A DNA stretch of 64,000 nucleotides from Epiperipatus broadwayi (GCA_028023455.1 JAQFVV010000002.1:13020001-13084000); one strand, 5' to 3'. Shown: positions 15,162 through 28,030, counted from the stretch's first letter. Numbers and translations: made by a program. Notes: a model not told the origin generated them from the letters alone.

Positions 15162-15910
15162 ATGGGTATGACAATAACATCGGCATAATCAAGGGCTTTG
15201 AGTGTTCCATCATCAAATTTTCAATGATATGGAACACTAAAGAATTGGAGGGTGGAGAATATTGAAACTTGTCCATTAAAGTTTGAAGATTCACTATGTT
15301 AATTTAAACAGCACTGATTGTATATATGTGTGGGAGATGGTAATCTGGATCAACTGCTGGTTCAGCATGAAATATGTATATTATAGATCATTTATCTTTT
15401 TCACACGTATGTGGTCATTTGAATCAGTTATATAAGATGGAGGGTATTGCTGTGCAGAACTTGAAAGTCTGAGTTCAAGTCCCTTCTAGTTACATAAGTT
15501 TAGTGGAGACAATATACTTATATTTGAATTTATTCTGCGATTGAGGGAAACAATGACTTAAAGTAAGCATGGGTATGACAATAATATTGGCATCATCAAT
15601 GGCTTTGATTGTTCCATCATCAGATTTTCAATGATATGGATAACTGAAGAATTGGAAGGTGGAGAAGATTGAAACTTGTTTATTAAAGTTTGAAGATTCA
15701 CTATCTTAATTTAAACTGAGCATTAATGGGATATATATGTATATAAGGGTGATGGTGATCTGGATCAACTGATGAGTGCTGGCTCAGCATGAAATATATA
15801 TATTGGAGATCATTTATCTTTTTCATATGTATGTGGTCATGTGTATCAGTTGTATAAGATGGAGTCCATAGCTGTACAGAGCTTGAAATTCTGAGTTCAA
15901 ATCTATTCTA
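15162..15910 (+). mobile_element. Two head-to-tail family A copies (about 410-bp period)
   Basis: Both start ATGGGTATGACAATAA (15162, 15569) and end GAAA(G/T)TCTGAGTTCAA. The first has a deleted HHR core; the second has an intact core. Confidence 0.82.
15764..15807 (+). ncRNA. Minimal type I hammerhead ribozyme motif (family A, intact core)
   Basis: ATCAA CTGATGA GTGCTG GCT CAGCAT GAAA TATATA TA TTGGA: conserved core, 6-bp stem II, palindromic AUAUAUAU stem/loop III, AUA cleavage triplet, 4-bp stem I. Activity untested. Confidence 0.72.
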
Positions 15911-16694
15911 ATTAAAAAAATGTTAATCTATGTTTCTCTATCTTTACTTAATATTTTGCTTAATCATATTATTCTAAATTACTTTTCTGATAAAAATATT
16001 TATATTAATATGCAATACTTATACTATATATATATATGTAACCACACAATGATAATCGTTTTACTTCCCTAAAAAAAATTAATTCTTTGGTTTTAAGTAA
16101 AGTCAGAACCTGAAGAACCAAACAAAAATAGTCGTAATTTGTTTTAATAAAGCTGTTTATTCTGCTTATTTAATAAAGCTCATTTTATTTTAAAGAAAAA
16201 ATGTAGTTTTGTGTGAATAGATGATTTTACTTTTTTCATCCGAATAAGTAAGATATCTCTGTCAATGTGATTAATAGAAGGACAGGTGATGACATATCTA
16301 TTTTGAAAAAACATCGGACTTTTAAATATTTTTTTAACCCACTAATTATACATTATTAAGGTAACATTCCAGTTCTTTTTCTATTTCTTTAGTAAGAAAA
16401 TTTATTACTTGTTCTTTAATAATCCAACTCTGACCAAACAAAATAAATCTTGGAATGTGGGAGGGTTGGTTAGTGAAGAGTATCATTGCGAAAATTTAGA
16501 CGATTTTTTTTAAAACCTTATCAAAAATTAATCTAATAAAGGTAGATGACAGATAAAAGTTGATTTAAAATTAATTAATACAAATTATTTTTAATTTTTT
16601 ACTGTGGTCAGAAATTATTCATTCAATATTTTTAAATACGGTTAAGTTTATGTTTTTTAGTACTAACTGGTGCACATTTACGTTCACTATTTAA

Positions 16695-17168
16695 TATATA
16701 GGGTATATGAGCACAGACTTTCACATGATCCACCACTCTCCACTCTATCTAATAACACCGATACACTCAAGCACATATATGCTGAAAAGATAAATAATCA
16801 CCAATATAGGTATTTCATGCTAAAACAGCAATCATCAGTTGGTCCAGATTATCATCTCCCACACATATATACTATAAGTATCAGATATATATTAAGATGG
16901 GAGCCTGTCCATTGAAGTATGAAGATTGTCTATCTTAATATATATCTGAGCACTTATAGCATATATTTGTGGGAGATGATAATCTGGACCTACTGATGAT
17001 TGCTGGTTTAGCATGAAATACGTATATTGGTGATTATTTATCTTTTCAGCATATATGTGCTTGAGTGTATGAGTGTTATTAGATAGAGTGGAGAGTGGTG
17101 GGTCATGTGAAAGTCTGTGCTCATATACCCTATATATATAGACAGGTATATAATAAGCCTGTGTTTCA
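16695..17168. mobile_element. Family A fold-back (two about 200-bp inverted arms plus 3' hairpin extension)
   Basis: Arms at about 16695-16897 and 16931-17137. 13-bp TSD GTTCACTA(T/C)TTAA at 16682-16694 and 17169-17181. HHR motifs at 16800-16843 (minus) and 16988-17031 (plus, palindrome ATACGTAT). Confidence 0.88.
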
Positions 17169-17609
17169 GTTCACTACTTAAATAATGTAAGAGCAAAATT
17201 ATTTTGGTATAACTCCAAACAACACTTGTTAAATTTATTTTGTTAAAGTTTATAAAGCATCTAAATTATATTGATTTTAAAAATGCGGCCGGAAATAGAA
17301 GAGTATCAACAATAATCAAATGTTATGGCTTCATTACAGCATTTTTCAAGTAATAAAATTTCTGCAATTGTACCTTAACCTTAAAACATATCCAATATAT
17401 TTAAAACTGTCATCATTGTAAGTTATATTGCTATTTTGTTGTACTTATGTAGAAAAGAAATAAACAGTACTTTACTCAACAATGGAGATTTTTTTTTTAG
17501 TCAAATCTATTTACTATACAAGAATATTATTGTATATATAAATAATGATATGTGCTGTATGATCTTAAGAATGCCTCTATTGTTGCAATTTTTAAAAATA
17601 AAGAGAAAT

Positions 17610-17715
17610 TGTCAAGCATTGGTGGTCGAGAGGTCAGCGATAGCTGCTTTACAAGCAGTTGTCCTGGGTTAGCAGGTTCGCTTCCCGGATGATGCTATGA
17701 CACATGAGAAAAAAT
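17610..17715 (+). mobile_element. tRNA-Gly-derived SINE-like copy
   Basis: TGTCAA GCATTGGTGGTCGAGAGG...AGCTGCTTTACAAGCAGT...GGTTCGCTTCCCGGATGATGC TATGACA, A-rich tail, possible TSD AAATAAAGA. Confidence 0.72.
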
Positions 17716-18947
17716 AAATAAAGATAATAGAGAAGATTGCAATAATTATCAACTACTATAGCAATGGTAGTTTAAAGAACTTCATTGAATAAGTTGTTTT
17801 GAGTCATAGATGAACAGTCAAGAGAATTTTAATATGGTTTTAAAAAATCAAGAAACTCTATATATGGAACAAAAAGTATTTTGTATATTGCTTTTTATTG
17901 GTATGATCAAAAAATTTGATGCTATGATTTTGTATGAATTTAGTTGGTTATCCACCAAAGCAATGGAACGAGGAAGGTAGAAAATCTGAGGCATTTAAAA
18001 TAAAAATGGTTTTAAATAAATATATGTATTTACACCAACATTATTTTTTATTTTTATGACTGTGGTCTTTGGAACTGTTTTTGTGGCTGCTGATTATACT
18101 ATTTTTGACAGTTCAAAAGACAATTTACAGAATGTACTTTATGTTTTAAATTTAATATTGTAATGTTGTGAACCAGACCCAAAAGATGGTCATTCAGTAA
18201 TAGATTTAATCCTTGTATTTGTAATAGAGAAGCAATGAAGTGGAAGCAATGAAATGATAACCATCTATTGAAATACTATAATTAAAATTGGTATTATTAA
18301 AAAGGAGAGTAATGAAACTAAGAAAAAGAATGCATACATATCTGTGTAGATGCATTTATTTATTGATTACACCAATTCATCACATAAATCTATTGTTTTT
18401 TCAGAATATGCACAATGCATGTCCATCATGATATTTATATACATGGGATTACGTTACTTGGATTTTAAAAAAAAGTAAAAAATTAAATCTCTTAAAATTA
18501 ACTTAATGAAATCAACTTAATTCAGGTAATTAAAACAAAACAAGTTAATTAAACTCAAAATTGAAAAATATTCATAGATAAGAAAGAAGAACCTATTGTT
18601 AGAGGTTAATTAGACTAAAAATACAAAACAAATTTAATTTAAAATGTTATATACTATATATATATGTTTAAAGGATTAAATCAAAGAATGATGGGAAACA
18701 TTTTTTAGCGTGGAATTGCACTAATATAAATAAATTTAAAAAAGAGAGGGATTCTCCCAGGCAATTATCTAAAAAAAGAAATTAAATTATCCATAGTTAG
18801 ATTCAGAAAAGGCTGTTATCTAAATTGTAATCCTCATTAAATCACATAATGTGATATTCTGGGAAAGGACTGTGCCTTTAAACACAAATCACAGCAAGAA
18901 AACAAAACTCTTTATTCATGAGTATTTATTATAAAGATGTGTGATAT

Positions 18948-20471
18948 ATGCAGCTAAAGCAGCTTGATTTCAATGCAGCTTTCGACTCTGTTAACATCAG
19001 TACTCTTCTAAACCTGCTGAAAGGCCATCACATCCCAACCTCTATCATACAGATCATAGATAACCTCATGTCTAACAGAGAAAATGGCAAGCTCTCTTCA
19101 TTTTTCCAACCTAACACATCCATTCTGCAAGGCTCCCCCCTCAGTGTGCTTCTCTTTATAGTCTACATTGATCCGCTGTTGAAAGCCATCGAACAACAAC
19201 TACCTGGTGTCTATGTACCAAGGCTTGCCAAATTGATAAAGCTCATGGCTTATATGGACGACGTAATCATCTTCCTCCCTTCAACAACCTATTTACCTCA
19301 GTTATACTCCATATTGGATAAATACACAGCTGACTATGGTCTCATCATCAACCCATTGAAATCAGCTATATGGAAGGTATCCTCAGGTCAGAAGATTGTA
19401 TCCAAATTTACAGCCAATCCTCAAAAGTTTTTGGGTTTTGAGATATCCAAAACATACTTCCAAATGTCCAAAGATATTCAAAATCACATTCTGCACTCAA
19501 TGGAAAGACTTACTAAACATCTGTCTAAAGTCTACCTTTCCTTACATGGTAAGGTAATGCTTCTCAATATGAAGATCATGGCCAAGCTCAACTATTACAT
19601 GCCCATCATGAGGATCACTAAGACTTTTATCAATAGAATGAATTCTCTTGCATCCCGACTTTTCTGGGGAGGTAAAGTTGTTGCAATTAGCATTAACAGG
19701 ATGCAACTTCACCGGAAGTATAATGGACTTTCTTATCATGCTATTCAAGCCATTCATATTCAAAAGATATTTAATTTTATCACCATGCTTATCAAATCAT
19801 TTGGATATGAGCAAGTCATTTTGCCAGTTATCCCGACTGATAGACCCCCTCCTAGAGTTAAGAATTTCCTTGATGCCGCGATTGATTTGATCAAAAGCTA
19901 CATGGTAATTATGAATGATATGTTTGATAACAGGATTAATATTTGGCAAGCACATAGTCTCATTCACCCTGTCACAATTCCCATAATACCTCTACTTGCC
20001 CTGACCAATAATAAGATCATCTCCCTCTTCAGGTGCTGGGCTATGGAACCAAAATTCTTTGATTTTATTATTAAGATAAATTTAAATGCCATTAGCACTA
20101 ATTGGTTTCTCTTCCATAGGCGAAGCATCAACAAAATTGACCCAATCTGCCCCCTCTGCCAGACTCATGATGAAACATATGACCATCTGATTTACTCGTG
20201 CCATGGACTCTGGAGGTCTAGAAGGATTATTGCTGATAACCTTAAAGTGAATTTTTACCTTGTTACCTCTCTTAAGGACAGTATCAAGACAATATCCATC
20301 CCTCCTATTAGGCTGTCATTATTTATCAACTATGCATTGTGGTCTACTCGTTGTAAAATGGTTTTCAATCCCGGTGCAATTATTGAGGGAAAATTATTTC
20401 TGAATAAACTTATAAAATTTAAAAACCATGACATGCTCCTAGTTCCAAAAGTATTATTCGAGGAAACATGA
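18948..20471 (+). CDS. Open 507-aa frame: RT C-terminal half plus CCHC-type zinc motif of the truncated LINE; first codons come from flanking DNA
   Basis: AAFDSV, LQGSPLSVLLF, AYMDD, CPLCQTHDETYDHLIYSC. Aligns by eye with ORF2 of the 47.5-53.5 kb element. No internal stops. Confidence 0.85.
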   Translation: MQLKQLDFNAAFDSVNISTLLNLLKGHHIPTSIIQIIDNLMSNRENGKLSSFFQPNTSILQGSPLSVLLFIVYIDPLLKAIEQQLPGVYVPRLAKLIKLMAYMDDVIIFLPSTTYLPQLYSILDKYTADYGLIINPLKSAIWKVSSGQKIVSKFTANPQKFLGFEISKTYFQMSKDIQNHILHSMERLTKHLSKVYLSLHGKVMLLNMKIMAKLNYYMPIMRITKTFINRMNSLASRLFWGGKVVAISINRMQLHRKYNGLSYHAIQAIHIQKIFNFITMLIKSFGYEQVILPVIPTDRPPPRVKNFLDAAIDLIKSYMVIMNDMFDNRINIWQAHSLIHPVTIPIIPLLALTNNKIISLFRCWAMEPKFFDFIIKINLNAISTNWFLFHRRSINKIDPICPLCQTHDETYDHLIYSCHGLWRSRRIIADNLKVNFYLVTSLKDSIKTISIPPIRLSLFINYALWSTRCKMVFNPGAIIEGKLFLNKLIKFKNHDMLLVPKVLFEET

Positions 20472-20943
20472 ACTCTGATTGCATTGCAAGGATGATTGCT
20501 GGTAAAACGCTTTGTTTCTTCTGTCTAAGATGTTGCTGAAAGTGGTTTTGTTAATAATCAGAGGTTCAGATCCTTGTGTTATCAAAATGGATAATATTTA
20601 ACTGAATATATCAGATTTAGCATAAATACCTAAGCCTTCATAATTGTAGTAATTTTTCCAATGGTGATCTGACCAAACTCTAGATTGACTACGTGACTCT
20701 TGGTAGTGTGAGGCAATTTGTCTAGGTGAGTTGGTGAGCTTAATTGGTCTACTTGTGTGTTAACTGTAGACACGGTATTCGGGTTTACCTCTTGCCCAGA
20801 ATAATACTATCTTTTATTTATTTATAATCATATAATTCGTTCTTATGTTTGTAATTCTAGCTTTCCTTTTAATTTACCATGTATACATAATTGTCACTGT
20901 AAACATTGTACTTGTTTAATAAATATTTTGAAAAAAAAAAAAA
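18962..20943 (+). mobile_element. 5'-truncated L1/Tx1-clade LINE with 3' UTR and poly(A)
   Basis: Begins inside RT at QLDFNAAFDSV. AATAAA at 20918-20923 and A13 at 20931-20943. Interrupts a segment whose uninterrupted inverted paralogue lies at about 14960-15030. Confidence 0.9.
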
Positions 20944-22569
20944 GTGTATCAACTCATGTAAAGAAGATGCAACCATTTCCCATGATAAATTGCCAACTGT
21001 TTGAAACTGTAACTTTAAGTGCCACATCATTTTGTTAATCTATAACTTGCCCATACCTATGAGCGAAGTGTTACCCATCATTATCTATGATTTAAATATT
21101 TGGGAAAAGGCTAAAGCAAAGAAGTACATTAAGTTAAAGAACTATACTTATGGAAAATAATAAATGTTATATTATAAGCAACCAGTGATCAGTCATGAAT
21201 TTATATAATTATATGGTTAATCTAATGCTAGCTCCTATGGTAAGACATTTCCTTTCAAAAAACTTTAGAAAAGAAAAGATCTTAATCATTTCTGTATCTA
21301 TATAATTATTTTGTTTCATTTATCTTTTATATGATTCATAGTTAATTTTTTCATTTGTCATTATCAATCTATGTATTGATTTTGTTATTTAATGCTATAA
21401 TGATTTTACTTTGTATGCTTTATGGGTGCAAATAATTTTTTTAGTAACTTTATAAGTTCAAATTATCAGTGCCTTTTTTATATTGCATACTTCATTCCAA
21501 ACATTAATAATAGCACTTATAAATGTACTGTTAACATTAAACTGTTGAATTTTTTTTACAATTGGGAAAATGCCTGAATGTTAATGGAGATTAGGAAGAA
21601 GATGTTAATAGGCCAGAAGGATGCATTTCACATGAGAAGTGCTACAGAAGAAAATAAATTACTTCTGGATGAGGAAACTTATTATAAGTCTGTACAGTTA
21701 ATCCTCAGGAGATGATTTAGGTTCAGTCATTACCACAATTATCTACTTGCTTTATGAGTGAACAAAGCCTTAAAGTATTACAGATATTTTGGAAGACCAC
21801 TTCTCCAGCTTATCAGCATATAAATGACACTTCCTATGTGTGGCTTGATAAAATATATATAAAAAAATATACACTGGGAAAATTATATATAAAATGACTT
21901 AACTAATGGGGGTCAGAATCAAACCTCAACACATTATGGTTTTGTTGTGATATGTTAATGATACGACAAAGTATATGAATCTGAATATATACATATGATG
22001 TTTATTAAGTGCTAAGAAATAGGAAAACAGTGTCATTTGCAATGGAAGGTGAGATTGGTCCTAGAAAATAGTAAGCAATAATCACTAAGTTAAATGTATA
22101 TAGGAGTTTAGATTAATGTGAAAGTCAGATCAGCAAAAGAGTTTTAAAATTAAAATAGGTGTAAATTTAAGCAAGTTTGAATATTTCTGGAGAAGTATAA
22201 ATTTAGGTGTATGGATTGGTGCACTAATCTAAGTATTAATGAATTTATATAACAACTGGGGTGATATTTTATCTTTGTACTGCTTTTTAAGACCAAGACT
22301 ATGGAATATTTAAAAAAGAAAAAAAATTAGATATATACAAATATAAATATATTGGACAATCACCTCTAAAGAAAAAATGAAACAAAAATCAAACATAGCG
22401 AAATCATAGATGCAAGAAGCAGAAAAACTGAAAAAGTTAGAACAAGAACAATCCAACGTTAAACTCATAAATAACACCATGCATAATTGACATGTAAATT
22501 TTGTATAATTTAACCATGGAAAAACAATGTAAAATGGATATAAAATTTTAGGACATATAAGAAAGCTCA

Positions 22570-24900
22570 CAGAAAAGTGTTCATTGCAGAATTACAAGAA
22601 ATGAAAAAAGACACAGAAAATTCAAGAGAAAAGCATTAACTAATTTAAAGAAATAGTATGAAATATTAATGAAATGCAAAAAAAAAAATATTGAATATCA
22701 ACAAAAAACTGATATTAAGTTCCAGGAGACTCCATAAATAATTAAAGAAGTTCTTGAAGAAATAAATAAACAAGTAAGAGCATGATAGAAATATTCTACC
22801 ATAAATGTAAAGAAAATTTAGTCAAGTGAATGAAAAGTAAGAAGAGTGTATTGAAAAGATAGAAAAGATAAATATCCAAGTAATAGAAAGTGAGAAAATA
22901 ATAATTGAGATGCAAGAAAATATAAAAGATGTAACCACAAAGCTAAAGAATTTTTAAATTGACTCTGAAACAGTGATATTGGAAAATTAGCAAGTGAATA
23001 GAGAATAGATTGGTGTAAGTGGAGCAAGTAAAAATAAAAAAGGTGATAAAAAACATGAGGTTTGATGACCTAGAATCAATGAGGAATGATTATAATGAAA
23101 ATATAGCAATAGAATCTGAAGTAATAATGAATTAATGCAGTCGATTTGAGAAAGCCAACCTCAATATAAATCTGTTTTTACAAATTTGAACATTCAAGGG
23201 CCAGTCATGTGAAGCACTTGTAAAACATCTAGATAGTTTAGAAAGATATTTTTAAGCTAAATTGGATGTTTGAGAAGAGTAAGTTAGTTAAAGCATTTAG
23301 TCACAGATAGATCACCACTCATGATCGAATTCTCTATTTGACAAACCCAAGCCTCGGTTAATAACTTCTGGATGGAAGAAAGACAAAAGATTATCCAATA
23401 TTAGATAATGCAAGAGAAATTCCATGAATGGAAAAAGCTATTTTCAGTTCTTTAGAAACAAGGTATCCAAGTAAAAAACCCTAGATGCTCTTAGTATGAA
23501 TAAGTGACAGATCATATATCATAATTTGTCTTTCAAGGCTGAACAAATGATTTTAAGCACTAATAAGAAGACCATATAGCAAGAAGTCAAACTCTTAAAT
23601 GTGACGAATACCAGCAAGTTTAACCAGTCAAGCAAGAATGCTTACAAAATTGTGACCAGGCTTAATCAATGCTTTGGAGATAAAAAATAAAACCTACATA
23701 AAATATCAAACCATGGAGACCTCAATTGGAAATCAAAAATAAAATAAAGTTCTAGTCTGAACTGGAAATGGAACTAGAATTAAAGAAGGTTATGAAGAAT
23801 CAACCAAGAGAATATCACTTATAGCAAAATATAACTATACTCCTGATATTAAGATGAAAAAAGAGAAGGAGGAAAACAAAAATGAATCTTAATTAATTGT
23901 TCCTCATCCCAGGACTCAAAAAAGGTTAATTGAAACAATTTAAAACAGAGATCATTAAATCAATATATAACTTGATGTCCACTTGGAAAAATCATGTCTC
24001 TCTATGCAAATCAGAATTGTTCAAAAATCAGTTTAACTTTGGAACATAATACACTGGTGACCTTATTAGATTCTGGCAGTCAGATCAGATATCTTTTATT
24101 TCAGATGTGTACTTACAAATTGTATTAGTAAGCTCTAAAGTAAAGACATTACATTCAAAAAAATGGAAATAACATTTTTCAATACTTGTAAAACCCAAGT
24201 TTGAATGTTAGTGGAAATAGGGTGGGAGAATACTACAGTTATTTCATTCAGAAAGATGCTTTTCACATAGAAAAATGGTGCCCTAGTAAAGGCTGTGAAA
24301 ACACACTTTTATCATTAGTTATGCATGATGAAGCTTATTTCAAAACACTAGAGTTAATTTTGAGAAGGTGATTAGGAAGTACATCCCATTTGAGTTCAAT
24401 CATCACCAATATTGTCTGTTTACCTGATAATTGTATGAAAGCTAAAGTTATAGTGGGAGATTATTCCTCCAGCTTATCAACACAATATATAAACCTATGG
24501 TTTAGTAATTAATGTTCAAATAACTGAAGTCCTTTTCTAGCAATGATGGAAAAAAAATCTTCAGCAATTTTTTAACTTGAATGGTTCATCAACTAGTGAA
24601 TGTAAGCCAATTCAAATATTTTGATAATGTTTAAGTAGAAATATGAACTTAGCTGTTATGATACAGCATAGACTCCAATGTGCTATTGCTGCTTTTAACT
24701 GGTTAAAAGATGGGGTATATTATTACAGGAAATAACTTTTGCAATTACATTAATTATATATAAAGCTATACATTACTTCATTTATTGTATGGAAGTGATA
24801 CTTTAGCACCCAATCAATACAATACAAAGACATTATAAAATTTTCAACTAAAAGATGTTCAGTAAAAATTTTAAAATACAATGGCAAGATCATACAGAAA
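22570..24900 (+). mobile_element. Highly decayed LTR-retrotransposon-like Gag/protease region
   Basis: Purine-rich, K/E-rich coiled-coil-like coding texture followed by TTATTAGATTCTGGCAGTCAGATC (LLDSGSQI, retropepsin-like D-S-G) at about 24063-24086. No RT or integrase recognised. Confidence 0.4.
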
Positions 24901-25639
24901 TCCAATAAATATATTTTCAACTTGCTAAATAATATTATGAAATCTATTATTGTAAAATCACCAAGCTTTTATCAGATTGGAACATTTGAAATGAATGAAT
25001 AATACAAGACTTCCTATGGTTTTCATGAGAAAGATAGATCATGTTTCCATTTATAATGATTAACTCAAAATTATTATAGAGAAATGCAATGTAAATTGTC
25101 TTTATTGAAAAAATGTAGCAGAGAATAGAATACAATGATAAGCTACAATTCACCATAGTATTAAAATATTTCACACTCAGGAAAAGTTTCTGCTGAAGAA
25201 ATTAAAAGCATTAAATGTCTAATAAGCAGTAGAATGGACTCAACATGTTCTATTTATGGGCTTATTTGTGGACCATGGATTAGTTTGTATAGTCATTGTA
25301 ACACTCATCTTTAGTGTAGCATATTTTTTTGTCTTTTTATTTTTCTCTCTAGGAGTTGGAATGGAGACCCTTGTTTGCAAGTAGCTGCTGCTATTGATGA
25401 AACCATTAAAATTATTTGTAGAAAAAAAGATTTGACTTTTTTATATATTTTTTTTTTGGTTTAGCATCTCTCACTTTTGCCATCTGTCTTAGATTTTTCA
25501 TCCATTATGCTGATCAGTTCCATGTCTCTTCCTTCATGTTAGCATAATCACTATTTATTTTATTTATGATAGTAAATACTTGTTTCTGAGTTTCTTGCAT
25601 GAGTCTTTCTGAATTTTTCTTTAAATAGTGAATTCTGAA

Positions 25640-26150
25640 TTTAATTATTCTTTTGTTTTAACTTTCTCTCTCACTTCCAAAAAATCTTTCTACAATGTTT
25701 TTCACACTTTCCTGAATTTTATTCCCTACTAGACTCAACAGATTTTTGGACAATTTCCTCCATGTTAGTACATAATTTTTTTCTACAAGTTCTATTTTCT
25801 GTTGTACTTGCTCTTGTACTTGAAGTGCTGTTACTACTACATTCATGCTATTAACATTTTCTTGAACTACCTTAAGCTTTTCTTTCACTTTGTTCCATTT
25901 CTTTAAACTTTTACTTCTTAATGTCTTTCTTTAAACTTTGTATTGCTTCTTTGTTATGTTTCTTTTTTGTTGTTGTTGTTTTATTTTCTTGTTTCATTTC
26001 TTTAAATTCTATATCTTTTCTGATGCATTTCTTTATTTTTTGTTGTACTTCTTTTATCAATGCAAATAATGTTCCTCTGTTAAATGTGTTTGATATCATT
26101 TCTGCACTATCTGAACTAATTCTTGTTTTTTCAGTTCTGGTTTAGTAGTT
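25640..26150 (-). pseudogene. Decayed coiled-coil (Gag N-terminus-like) coding remnant
   Basis: Track ORFs 25658-25888 and 25911-26099 are K/E/Q-rich heptad-like frames separated by a frameshift. No diagnostic motif. Confidence 0.3.
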
Positions 26151-27369
26151 GGTTGTCCTTTCCCTTATATTGCTGACTTATCCATGTTTAATTGCACTTC
26201 CATCCTTTTTCTATTGATTACATTATCATCTATATCTGTAATTAAATGTGTTATTACTTTATATTGTTGATGATTGAACCCTATTACTATTTTATTTTTC
26301 TTATATTCTCACAATTAGTTACTATCTTAGCTTTTATTTTCACTCTTTCATTAAATTAGCACATCAGTCTCAAGCTTTCCCATGAAATTATTCCCAGTGT
26401 AGTGTGATATACTTGTATTTATTTTTTGATCTAATTATCTTGCTACTTATCAAACTTTCTCCAACTTACCTGGATTCCAAATATACTTGCATTAAAATCT
26501 TAGTATATATATTTTACTCTTATTGAATTTATTTTTATTTCCAAACATTTGAATTCACATATTGTATGCTCCATATAACATTATTTCTTATGTACTCATT
26601 TTATTCATGATCTAGTGTTTGATACTATACACCATTGTAAAGATATAAAATTGAGCAATAGTCAGAGCTATTTACACCAGACATTCTTTGTGCCAAATGT
26701 AATGGTAATTGTCTATCAACAATGTTTGCAACATCAAAATTTAATGATCCATCTTAAATATAATAAACACTGTGGTAATAATGATCAAAATGCCCTTATC
26801 ATACTAAATGTTAAATTCAGCATAATTACTCCAAAACCATTTTTTCTTTTTTTTTTTAAGATCCAATTTAAATTAGCCTTAAGTGTCACTTTCTTTATAG
26901 AAAGAATACTTCTGAATGAACTATTATTTCTGATTATCATCATTTTGATGTACTTTTATTACCCTAGAAGGTCCACCAGAGGATTGTATTATTTTTTATA
27001 TTGTGGTATATTAATGGCATTGTTTAAAATGAGTTCAAATAAGCAAAATAACTAAATTTGATAACAAAATAATATAATAATTTATTTACACTAATTGTGA
27101 AATAATAAAAAAAAAGAAATTGTTGTTTATATATCCACAACTACCATAAAATTCATAAAATAAATAAAATATAAAATATTGAAAACAAAAATTAAACTTA
27201 AATGTAATTAGTATACAGAACCCCTTACTAATATTAGTTCAAAGGCATTATATTTGAATATAAAAGAAAATTCTTGCCCATATAATGTTTTATCATTGCT
27301 TTTGTTAATATTGTAAACTTACATTCTATATTTTATAGTTAAGATTTTACTTCATTAACACTTAAATAA

Positions 27370-28030
27370 ATTAATATATATATGTGCTCTGCGCACAGTT
27401 AATGAAGCTATTAATAAATTGTCAAAATTTTTACTGCCAAGCGCTTTCAGGACAGTCTACATTCCCATATTCATAATGAGTTATTCTGTTAATAACTGTA
27501 AAACTATGCAAATTTTATGCAAATTTATATGCAGATGTTACATGGACCATTTAGGAGATAGGGAATAGCAGGCCTCTCTTCTGTTGATTGCCGATGGGTC
27601 AGCCGCAATGAAGTAAGTGAAGTAAGTGTCGTTTGTTTCAGAGCAAACAACACTGGCTGTGGTAGGTAGAAAAGCATGTCCAGAGTTTCTTTTGTATTCG
27701 ACAAAAATCGAATTACCTTCATACTTTGTTTTGGTTTTATTGTAAAGGTATCGGTGTTGAGCTACTCTGGTGGCAATGTTAGTTTTGGTCTTTCCATAAT
27801 ATGTTGCCATGCAATTTCTTTGGGGGCAGGTAATTTTGTACACAACTTGAATGGTCCACGTAACATCTGCATATAAATTTGCATAAAATTTGCATAGTTT
27901 TACAGTTATTAACAGAATAACTCACCATGAATATGGGACTGTAGACTGTCCTGAAAGCGCTTGGCAGTAAAAATTTTGACAATTTATTAATAGCTTCATT
28001 AACTGTGCACAGAGCACACATATATATTAA
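27370..28030 (-). mobile_element. Penelope-like element relic: GIY-YIG endonuclease C-terminus flanked by about 180-bp inverted terminal repeats
   Basis: Arms at about 27372-27551 and 27850-28030 are near-perfect reverse complements. The arm includes the ORF's last codons, so it is an inverted copy of the 3' end. Confidence 0.82.
27538..27843 (-). pseudogene. GIY-YIG endonuclease fragment (PLE type)
   Basis: VVYKITCPQRNCMATYYGKTKTNIATRVAQH matches the PLE pattern VYxIxCxxCxxxYxGxTxxxLxxRxxEH. Ends INRREACYSLSPKW. Confidence 0.8.

Larger units (their letters stand above)
18783..22570 (+). repeat. Segment B (inverted paralogue of A), split by the truncated LINE
   Basis: For example 20941 AAAGTGTATCAACTCA matches rc of 14975-14990, and 22531 AAAATGGATATAAAATTTTAG matches rc of about 13370-13391. 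Confidence 0.85.

Noticed and set aside
26615-27055. 146-aa track ORF and the many 60-110 aa ORFs in AT-rich DNA
   Set aside because: Low-complexity F/I/L/K-rich translations with no motif, many starting at non-ATG codons. Expected by chance at this composition.
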